From Macrostomum lignano (taxonomy: Eukaryota), in contig NIVC01000431.1 of assembly GCA_002269645.1 (NCBI GenBank), positions 1 through 54,266 on the forward strand: a stretch of DNA of 54,266 bases. Direction: 5' to 3'. A program made the translations under genes and the position numbers. Under the pieces are notes generated by a model. That model was not told the DNA's origin. It did no database searches and was given only the letters and a program-made list of their open reading frames with translations. How positions within the stretch are numbered: position 1 is the first letter of the stretch; every line of letters starts with the position of its first letter. Below, piece by piece: positions 1-9,878 of this stretch.

Positions 1-684
1 TGAGTCAGGGTGTATTAAAGTGAAGGTTGAAGGTAAGGTAAAGGTGAATGTTAAGGTGAGTCAGGATGAGTTAAGGTGAGTCAAGAGGAGTTAAGGTGAG
101 TCAGAATGGGTTAAGGTGAGTCAGAATGGGTTAAGGTGATTCAGGATGATTTAAAGTGAGTCAGGATGCGTTAAGGTGATTCAGGATGATTTAAGGTGAG
201 TCAGGATGGGTTAAGGTGAGTCAGGATGGGTTAAGGTGAGTCAGAGTGAGTTAAGGTGAGTCAGGATGAGTTAAGGTGAGTCAGAGTGAGTTAAGGTGAG
301 TCAGGATGAGTTAAGGTGAGTCAGGATGGGTTAAGGTGAGTCAGGATGAGTTAAGGTGAGTCAGGATGGGTTAAGGTGAGTCAGGATGAGTTAAGGTGAG
401 TCAGGATGGGTTAAGGTGAGTCAGGATGAGTTAAGGTGAGTCAGTGAGTTAAGGTGAGTCAGGATGAGTTAAGGTGAGTCAGGATGGTTAAGGTGAGTCA
501 GGATGAGTTAAGGTGAGTCAGGATGGGTTAAGGTGAGTCAGGATGAGTTAAGGTGAGTCAGGATGGTTAAGGTGAGTCAGGATGAGTTAAGGTGAGTCAG
601 AGTGAGTTAAGGTGAGTCAGGATGAGTTAAGGTGAGTCAGGATGGGTTAAGGTGAGTCAGGATGGGTTAAGGTGAGTCAGGATG
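1..684. repeat. Minisatellite, ~20-bp unit GAGTTAAGGTGAGTCAGGAT, cut by the window start
   Basis: About 30 near-identical tandem units read directly; degenerate at 1-60. Confidence 0.97.
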
Positions 685-1512
685 AGTCCGACTGAGTCTA
701 TGTTGAGGGTGTTCACTCTAATGCAACAGAAGAGTATAGTCACTTTAGGCAGCCACAATACTGTAAATAAATTTTTATACACAAGTTTTATCCAAAGCTT
801 TACGAGCTACCTGCACCAATTAAAGCGCACTGATAAGCAACCAAATTTTTTAATTTTTAATTAAAGCCATAATCTTAAACTTCCTGTACATGCCAACATC
901 TTGAAAAAAAGAATTTTTGCAATAATTCTTTTCTTGTAAATAAAAGTAAACTAAGGCGGCTCTGTGCTTATTGATGTTTGTCTGGAGTCCAGAGGTTTAT
1001 TATTTTGCTCTTAGCTAATCTGGCATCTTACCAAACAGTTTCTTAAACCGATTCCTTTAATCGATTGTTTTGAGTAAGTTGGTGATAAAATTTAAAACTG
1101 CGATTGTCAAAGCAACCAATCTAAAATCAGTTAATTATATGAAGCAGAAAAATCATCACATCGATAAAAAATTAGGATTTACAAAATTTAGCCAGGAAAC
1201 AGTAAGTAGGTAGCATTAATATTGTAGTTGCAACTATTTAAATTAATGATAACATTACAATAGGAAAATCATATAAATGACTAATTATAAATACCCGCAA
1301 GCAGACGGTCGGAAGTTAACATTAACGTCGTTTGTAGCGACGCAACAAAATTTTAGTTGGTGTCTTTCCTGGTTAAATTCACCCAATTTTTTGTGAAGAT
1401 TTTGTACAAACTAGCACCCAATGGGGAGGGATTTTCGGTCGGGTCCAGGGGTGGGTCAGAAGCAGGTCAAGGCAGGTCACAAGTCAGAAGTCACGCGTAG
1501 GGGTCAGGTCAG

Positions 1513-3302
1513 TCACACTCGTCGCTTGATGCCGAAATCCTCGAAGTCCAGCATGGCGTCTTCCTCCTTGGAGACGTGCAGGATTCTTCGTTGCAGGCCG
1601 ATGCTGGCCGGCTTAAAGTTCTCTCCGTCGTTGGCCTCCTTGATGGATTTGACGGCTTCCACGGTCTGAGGAATTTTTTCAATTGGTTTTGGTTGCATTT
1701 CGTAAAAAACCATAAACATTTAATGTCAGGTATACTCTACTGACAAAAGTAGAAATGAAAACATTTTTTCGAGAATTTTCGTAAAAATCTATAGATGTTT
1801 CATGCAAGAGATACTCTACTGAAGAAAGTAGAAATGGAAACATTTTTCGATAACTTTTTCTACCAACAGTAAACATAAAAGCATTTTATGCATTTTAGGT
1901 TTTTGCATAGATCAAATTATGTGAGCTTTTTCTCACCCAGTCGAAGACGGCGAATGCGGCCGGACTCTGCAGGGCCATCTCGCGCCTGTCGATGCCGCTG
2001 AGAATCTGCTGACTGCGCGCGGCGATGCGCGGATCAACGCTGGTAGCGTCGAAGCCACCATTGGCGAGGCGTTCGACGCCCTTCAGCAGCGGCTGGCAGC
2101 GCTTCCATTTCTGGAGGGAATTCATTGAAATGGGCGCGCTTGTTGTCAGTGAGAGGCTTCATCACTGATTTGAAGAGGGAGAATCTGCAGTGCGCACTTC
2201 GATCTTAAACTAATTGCATTTCATTTGCTTCCCGAATTCCCTCCATTTCTCTACCGGAATCCCCTCCATTTCTCTACCGGAATTCCCTCCATTTCTCTAC
2301 CGGAATCCCCTCCATTTCTCTACCGGAATCCCTCAATTTGTCTCCATGAATTCCCTCCATTTCTCTACCGGAATCCCTCCATTTCTCTCCATGAATTCCC
2401 TCAATTTCTCTACCAGAATTCCCTCCATTTCTCTACCGGAATTCCCTCCATTTCTCTACCGGAATCCCCTCCATTTCTCTACCGGAATCCCCTCCATTTC
2501 TCTACCGGAATTCCCTCCATTTCTCTACCGGAATCCCTCAATTTGTCTCCAGGAATTCCCTCCATTTCTCTACTGGAATCCCTCCATTTCTCTACTGGAA
2601 CCCCTCCATTTCTCTACCGGAATCCCTCAATTTGTCTCCAGGAATTCCCTCCATTTCTCTACCGGAACCCCTCCATTTCTCTACTGGAATTCCCTCCATT
2701 TCTCTACCGGAATTCCCTCCATTTCTCTACCGGAATCCCCTCCATTTTTCTACCGGAACCCCTCCATTTCTCTCCATGAATTCCCTCCATTTCTCTACCG
2801 GAATTCCCTCCATTTCTCTACCGGAATCCCCTCCATTTTTCTACCGGAACTCCCTTCATCTACGCCTGGCCAAGTCCCAAGCTGCTGCTGCAGCCAGTCA
2901 AACGCTCACCCTGGTCCGTTTTTCATAGTTGCCAGCCAGCAGCAGCAGGGCCCGCACAGTTTTGTGCACCGACTCCACCGGTCGCTGGTAGGCCCGAAGC
3001 TCCAGCAGGCTGCGCGCTGTCATCATCGACTGCTGCTGTTGCTTCTTTTGCATGTCAACGCTGTTCAACTTCCGTTCGCGTTCGATCAGCTCGTCAGCTT
3101 CTTCCAGCTCTGAGCGCAGCATCAGCCGCTGATTGTCTGTCAGACTCTCCGACTTCACCTGCTCCACCAGCTGGGTCAGCCGGCCGACACTGCGATACTT
3201 CTTCGATCGGCTGATGGCCGAGCGGAGGACTGCGGAGTATGAGCGGGTCTTGCTGCAGACAGACAGACAGACAGACAGACAGACGGACAGACAGACGGAC
3301 AG

Positions 3303-3344
<42 letters not shown>

Positions 3345-6300
3345 GGACAGACAGACAGACGGACAGACAGACGGGCAGACAGACGGGCAGACAGACAGAC
3401 AGACAGACGGACAGACAGACAGACAGACAGACGGGCAGACAGACGGGCAAACAGACGGGCAGACAGACGGGCAGACAGACGGGCAGACAGACGGACAGAC
3501 AGACGGGCAGACAGACGGGCAGACAGACGGGCAGACAGACAGACAGACAGACGGGTAGACAGACGGGCAGACAGACGGGCAGACAGACGGGCAGACAGAC
3601 GGGCAGACAGACGGACAGACAGACGGACAGACAGACGGACAGACAGACGGGCAGACAGACGGGCAGACAGACGGACAGACAGACGGGCAGACAGACAGAC
3701 AGACAGACGGACAGACAGACAGACAGACAGACGGGCAGACTCACTTTTCCGCTGCTCCAGAGCGTGCAGTGTCAGCTTGGCCTCCTTGAGCTTCTTCACC
3801 TCGCGCTCCTTCAGCATGATCCGCTCGGCAGCGGCCTCGGTCTCGGAGATGGCATCGCCAATTCTGTCGGCGTTGCGCGGCTTGGCCAGCAGGGCGGAGT
3901 CGAGCTCGGCAAAGCGCAGCTTCAGCTGCTCCCGCCGCGGCGAAGTCTTGGAACCTCCGGCGCCCTGCTGTTTGGCCGTTGGCTGGCCTCTGCCCTGCGA
4001 TTGTTCGATAGAGAAAAAAGCCATCAGCTGAGATTTTAACTATAAAAGCTTTTCTCGTAAAACTGTCACTCACGGTAAAGCTACTCACAGTAGTCACTGC
4101 TCTACCGGGCGACACACCACCAGAAGGCCGAGGCGATCTGACGGGCGGAAGCGTTTTCTGCTTCGAAGAATGAGAAGCAGCAACTGGCTGCTCCTGTGGC
4201 TGCTTTGTTGGCTTCCTTTGATCTTTAGCGGCTTGTGCCTCGTCAGCTGCGAAAGCTGCCGGTTGAGCCTCCCCGGCTGGGGTAGCTTCCGGTTGAGCCT
4301 CCTCGGCTGGAGCAGCTTCCGGTTGAGTCTCCTCGGCTGGGGCAGCATCCGGTTGAGCCTCCTCGGCTGGGGTAGCTTCCGGTTGAGCCTCCTCGGCTGG
4401 GGTAGCTTCCGGTTGAGCCTCCTCGGCTTGAGCGGCTTCCGATTGAGTCTCCTCGGCTGGGGCAGCTTCCGGTTGAGCTTCATCAGTCACTGGCTGCGCA
4501 TCATCGGCTGGGGTAGCTTCCGGTTGAGCCTCCTCGGCTTGAGCGGCTTCCGGTTGAGTCTCCTCGGCTGGGGCAGCTTCCGGTTGAGCCTCCTCGGCTT
4601 GAGCGGCTTCCGGTTGAGTCTCCTCGGCTGGGGCAGCTTCCGGTTGAGCTTCATCAGCCACTGGCTGCGCATCATCGGCTGGGGTAGCTTCCGGTTGAGC
4701 CTCCTCGGCTGGGGCAGCTTTTGGTTGAGCTTCATCAGCCACTGGCTGTGCATCATCGACTGGAGCATCTTCCGGTTGAGCCTCATTTTTTGGGATAGCT
4801 TCCGGTTGAGCCTCATCAACCACTGGCTGCGCATCCTCGGCTGAAGCAGCTTCCGGTTGAGCCTCGGCTTGAGCGGCTTCCGGTTGAGTCTCCTCGGCTG
4901 GGGCAGCTTCCGGTTGAGCTTCATCAGTCACTCGCTGCGCATCATCGGCTGGGGTAGCTTCCGGTTGAGCCTCATCAACCACTGGCTGCGCATCCTCGGC
5001 TGAAGCAGCTTCCAGTTGAGCCTCCTCGGCTGGGGCAGCTTCCGGTTGAGCATCGTCGGCTGGGGCAGCTTCCGGTTGAGCCTCATCTTTTGGGGTAACT
5101 TCCGGTTGAGCCTCATCAGCCACTGGCTGCGCATCCTCGGCTGGGGTAGCTTCCGGTTGAGCCTCATCAGCCACTGGCTGCGCATCCTCGGCTGGGGTAG
5201 CTTCCGGTTGAGCCTCATCAGCCACTGGCTGCGCATCCTCGGCTGGGGCGGCTTCCAGTTGAGCCTTCTCGGCTGGTGCAGCTTCCGGTTGAGCCTCATC
5301 GGCTGGGGCTGCTTCAGGTTGAGCTTTTTCTATTGGGGCAGCTTCCGGTTGTGCCTCATCAGCCACTGGCTGCGCACCCTTGGCTTGGGTAGCTTCCGGT
5401 AGAGCCTCCTCAGCTGGGCCAGCTTCTGGTTGAGCCTCATCGGCTGGGGCAGTTTCCGGTTGAGCCTCCTCGGTAGAGACAGCTTCCGGTTTAGCCTCAT
5501 CGGCAGAGGCAGCTTCTGGTTTAGCCTCATCGGTAGAGGCAGATTCCGGTTGAGCCTCATCGGTAGAGGCAGCTTCCGGTTTAGCCTCAGCGGCAGAGGC
5601 AGCTTCCTGTTTAGCCTCATCGGTAGAGGCAGCTTCCGGTTGAACTTCATAGACTTGGGCAGCTTTCGCTTGATCCTCACCAGCCACTGGCTGCGCATCC
5701 TCGGCTGGGGCAGCTTCCGGTTGACCATCATTAGCGGAGGCAGCTTCTGGTTTAGGCTCATCGGTTGAGGCAGTTTCTCGTTGAGCCTCATCAGCAACTG
5801 TCTGCGCATCCTCGGCTGGGGCAGCTTCCGGTTTAGCTTCTTCGGTTGAGGCATCTTCTAGTTTAGCCTCCTTGGTCAAGGCAGCTTCCGGTTGAACCTC
5901 ATCAGCTTGTGAAGCTTCTTGCGCTTGAGCCTCATCGGCTTGAGCAGCTTCTTCTGGTTGAGCGTCATCGGCTTGAGCAGCTTCTTCTGGTTGAGCGTCA
6001 TCGGCTTGAGCAGCTTCTGGTTGAGCCTCATCGGCTTGAGCAGCTTCTGGTTGAGCCTCCTCGGCTGGAGCAGCTTCCTTTTGAGCATCATCGGATTGAG
6101 CAGCTTCTTCTGGTTGATCGTCATCGGCTTGAGCAGCTTCAGATTGAGCCTCATCGGCTTGAGCAGCTTCCTTTTGAGCATCATCGGGTTGTGCAGCTTC
6201 CTTTTGAGCATCATCGGATTGAGCAGCTTCTTCTGGTTGAGCCTCATCGGCTTGAGCAGCTTCCGGTTGAGCCTCACTGGCTTGAGCAGCTTCCGGTTGA

Positions 6301-8682
6301 GCCTCACTGGCTTGAGCAGCTTCCGGTTGAGCCTCATCGGCTGGAGCAGCTTCCTTTTGAGCATCATCGGATTGAGCAGCTTCTTCTGGTTGATCGTCAT
6401 CGGCTTGAGCAGCTTCCTTTTGAGCATCATCGGATTGAGCAGCTTCTTCTGGTTGATCGTCATCGGCTTGAGCAGCTTCCTTTTGAGCATCATCGGATTG
6501 AGCAGCTTCTTCTGGTTGATCGTCATCGGCTTGAGCAGCTTCAGATTGAGCCTCATCGGCTGGAGCAGCTTCCTTTTGAGCATCATCGGGTTGTGCAGCT
6601 TCCTTTTGAGCATCATCGGATTGAGCAGCTTCTTCTGGTTGAGCCTCATCGGCTTGAGCAGCTTCCGGTTGAGCCTCACTGGCTTGAGCAGCTTCCGGTT
6701 GAGCCTCACTGGCTTGAGCAGCTTCCGGTTGAGCCTCATCGGCTGGAGCAGCTTCCTTTTGAGCATCATCAGATTGAGCAGCTTCTTCTGGTTGATCGTC
6801 ATCGGCTTGAGCAGCTTCCTTTTGAGCATCATCGGATTGAGCAGCTTCTTCTGGTTGATCGTCATCGGCTTGAGCAGCTTCAGATTGAGCCTCATCGGCT
6901 TGAGCAGCTTCCTTTTGAGCATCATCGGGTTGTGCAGCTTCCTTTTGAGCATCATCGGATTGAGCAGCTTCTTTTGGTTGAGCCTCATCGGCTTGAGCAG
7001 CTTCCGGTTGAGCCTCACTGGCTTGAGCAGCTTCCGGTTGAGCCTCATCGGCTTGAGCAGCTTCCGGTTGAGCCTCATCGGCTTGAGCAGCTTCCGGTTG
7101 AGCTTCATCGGCTTGAGCAGCTTCCGGTTGAGCATCATTGGCTTGAGCAGCTTTTTCTGGTTGAGCGTCATCGGCTTGAGCAGCTTCCGGTTGAGCCTCA
7201 TTGGCTTGAGCAGCTTCAGGTTGAGCCTCATCGGCTTGAGCAGCTTCCTTTTGAGCATCATCGGCTTGTGAAGCTTCCTTTTGAGCGTCATCGGCTTGAG
7301 CAGCTTCCGGTTGAGCCTCATTGGCTTGAGCAGCTTCCTTTTGACCATCATCGGATTGAGCAGCTTCTTCTGGTTGAGTGTCATCGCTTTGAGCAGCTTC
7401 TTTTTGAGCGCCATCGGCTTCAACAGCTTCCTGTTGAGCGTCATCGGCTGGGGCAGCTTCCTTTTGAGCCTCATCGGCTTGAACAGCTTCCTGTTGAGCG
7501 TCATCGGCTGGGGCAGCTTCGTTTTGAGCCTCATCGGCTTGAACAGCTTCCTGTTGAGCGTCGTCGGCTGGGGCAGTATCAGGTTGAGCGTCATCAGCTG
7601 GAGCAGCTTCCTTTTGAGCATCATCGGATTGAACAGCTTCCGGTTGAGCCTCATTAGCTTGATCAGCTTCCGGTTGAGCCTCATTAGCTTGAGCATCTTC
7701 AGCTTGGGAATCATTCTCTTGTGCGTTGTGCTCTTGATAAGCTTCTAATTTAGCTTCATCAGCTTGAGCAGCTTCTTTTCGCTGAGCGTCATCGCCTTGA
7801 GCAGCTTTCGGTTGAGCATCGTCGGCTGGAGCAGCTTCCGGTTGAGCATTGTCGGCTGGAGCAGCTTCTGGTTGAGCATCGTCGGCTGGAGCAGCTTTTG
7901 GTTGAGCCTCATCGGCTTGAGCAGCTTCTAATTGCTTAGTCCCTCCAAGGGGCTCCGCAGCTGGTTCAGGTGCCGTGTCCTGTCTTACTGACACTCTGTC
8001 GCCTTCACTACGGCCGTTCTTAGGGCTCTGTTGACGGATGAAAAAGTTTGGAAGTGACAAATATGTTTATAGTCGAGTACATCGATAGGCTCGTACTATG
8101 GAGTAGACAAGTAGATTTGATTGGCTGTTATTATGCTCGTAAATAGTGCAAAAATATAACGTCGGTATCAAATGCGTATGAAATAATAAAGCGGTGATGT
8201 AAACAGGCCTTCCTTAAAGTGTGAGCAGATCGCTGACTTTCGCGCCACCCTGTGTGAGCGCGTGTGCATGAGTGCGTGCCTGCGTGCAACATTGGCGAGC
8301 TCGTGTGTGCTCAGGAGTGAGCGGAGACGATGTCGCTGAAGGCATGTTACCGGGGTGCCCACGGCCCTTTTGTACTCGTAATAATAATTATTATTATTAT
8401 TATGCTAGTAATTCATTTTTTGGTAACTCTGTAAGACTCAGTAATGAAAGACTCAGTTATGAAATGTTTTGAGCACAAGTATTCAACTTCATACGGTTAT
8501 AATTGTGCAAATTTGGCTACAGAATTCACGCTAGCCAGCAGGTAACCTATTGAAGTTAGTGTTGAAGCGCTTGCAAACTTGCTATGTCGGTAATGCATTT
8601 TTCAGAGAAAACCAGCAATGAAAGCGAAGCAACTCACCGCCGCCCGCTGCTCAGCAGCCAACTCAGTCGAGGCTTCTGTCAT
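1513..8682 (-). CDS. Gene A: ~1626-aa protein, giant acidic repeat plus hillarin-type C-terminal helical module
   Basis: Hand-spliced exons 8682-8638, 8027-4089, 3994-3745, 3229-2910, 2110-1937, 1665-1513. All introns are GT-AG with compatible phases (0,0,1,0,0); total 4881 nt = 1627 codons. The C-terminus (ELRAYQRP...LLLAGNYEKRTRKWKRCQPLL...DPRIAARSQQIL) is clearly paralogous to gene B. The first exon (MTEASTELAAEQRAA) is the least certain. Confidence 0.8.
2225..2850. repeat. Intronic minisatellite, ~22-bp unit CCCTCCATTTCTCTACCGGAAT(T/C)
   Basis: Tandem units fill most of the gene A intron 2909-2111. Confidence 0.95.
3256..3740. repeat. Intronic (CAGA)n / CAGACAGACGGG compound microsatellite
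   Basis: Fills the gene A intron from just after the GTGAGT donor (3744) to near the acceptor. Confidence 0.97.
4250..7910 (-). repeat. Coding tandem repeat, 30/33-bp units encoding AAQADEAQPE / AAPAEEAQPE-type decapeptides
   Basis: Open frame kept across ~3.6 kb; unit lengths are multiples of 3; higher-order blocks recur. Confidence 0.95.
8246..8359 (+). repeat. Dispersed ~110-bp element, copy 1
   Basis: CACCCTGTGTGAGCGCGTGTGCATGAGTGCGTGCCTG...GGGGTGCC aligns by eye with 18024-18148 and with the reverse complement of 38565-38631. Confidence 0.75.
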
Positions 8683-9102
8683 CTCGCAACTTCGGTGTGA
8701 CTGACCCTACTGGCCCGCGTTTTTAACTTTTTGACTCAAACGAAAGTCTGTTACGAGCTAAAGCTAACCAACTCGCTCCGAGTCTGAGACCGCCGGAATT
8801 TATCAGCTGTCACCCACTTTATTGTCTCTCTCTCTCTTCACTATGACAACGGCGGGCGTTCTTCATTTATCTTTAGGACTGGACTTTCTCTCTCTCTCTC
8901 TAGCTGAGATTAGACAACTAAACTAACAAGTTCAGACCCAGCAAAGAATCGACAGCAACACAGTTTGTTCGCAAGTGCAGGTTAATAGAGAGAAAGACAC
9001 GATTAAGAGACCAAAAAAACACACGCAGCAATGCTTGCTTGCGTTCACTCCTTGCCAACCAGCGACTCGAACGTCGAGCAGGGGGGAGGGGGAGAGTTGG
9101 CG

Positions 9103-9116
9103 GTTTCCATAACAAC
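9103..9116. promoter_or_regulatory. Candidate RFX X-box GTTTCCATAACAAC upstream of gene A
   Basis: Fits the 14-bp consensus GTHNYYATRRNAAC exactly; ~420 bp 5' of the proposed gene A ATG. Confidence 0.55.
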
Positions 9117-9878
9117 CGGTGTGAAGCGGCGAGTGACGTTTCTGTGTCATAATCATATCTTTGCCAATCTAGCCTAGCAGTACCTCTCCCCCAGAGTGCA
9201 TTAGGGTGCGAGACCGCGCTGTTTCATAATGAATATCTGGCAGTTTCTGCTGGGCAAAAACGGCTTACATGTATTCTGGCAGTCAAAGTTCGCTTGATAA
9301 ATATTTGTTCTTGGAAAATATTCTTTAGAATAAAAACTGGAACGTTGCTACAAAGCGTTGCGCTTCTCTAAGTAAACTTGGTTTGTTTTCAGATGTTGCT
9401 GGTGTACGAGTATAGTAAATGGCTTTAGAATGTATTATATATTTTCTAACATGAAGCAGTATGACTATACCGGTAGGTAAGGATAAAGCAGTAATTTTAT
9501 TCGGTTATGCATGTTCATTCAACAGTGTCTTGGTGGTTGATTTACAATAATTCTATACATGTAGGTTCGATCTTTTATGCGGTCAGAGGGGTCGTGGGCA
9601 ACGATGCCCAATAGTTATTAATCACTTATAATAAACAACTAAATAATAATATTATTAAAGTATTAATTTACTAAGTTATTATATACTATATTTATTATAA
9701 CAAATATTAATAATAACTTCATATGAATGTTAATAACAAGATAATGCTGTATACTAAAAGAATACTTAATTATAATAAAAGTAATATTTGATACAAAAGA
9801 TATCTAATAATAAGTTGTCATGACTACAGATAGAATTAACGCAGTACCGCGGACCCCTTAAAGACATTGTATACAGTT

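Noticed and set aside
3249-3254. First AG after the CTGT repeat as the acceptor
   Set aside because: Phase is incompatible with the donor at 3744. The acceptor at 3230 (CCGCAG) restores the frame and matches the phase-1 intron of gene B.
2214-3744. ORFs 2214-3113, 2225-2779, 3094-3744, 3133-3558 and 3239-4039
   Set aside because: Translations of intronic mini- and microsatellites.
4094-7748. Long alternative-frame and antisense ORFs (612, 582, 450 aa and others), including very hydrophobic LSIIGLSSFFW repeats
   Set aside because: Expected shadows of a stop-free 30/33-bp coding repeat; no splice or start context.
3741-8060. The 1439-aa ORF as a complete single-exon gene
   Set aside because: It starts at a TTG inside an acceptor tract, and its last ~115 aa are intron read-through plus the wrong frame. 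Splicing 4088-3995 gives the coherent coiled-coil frame.
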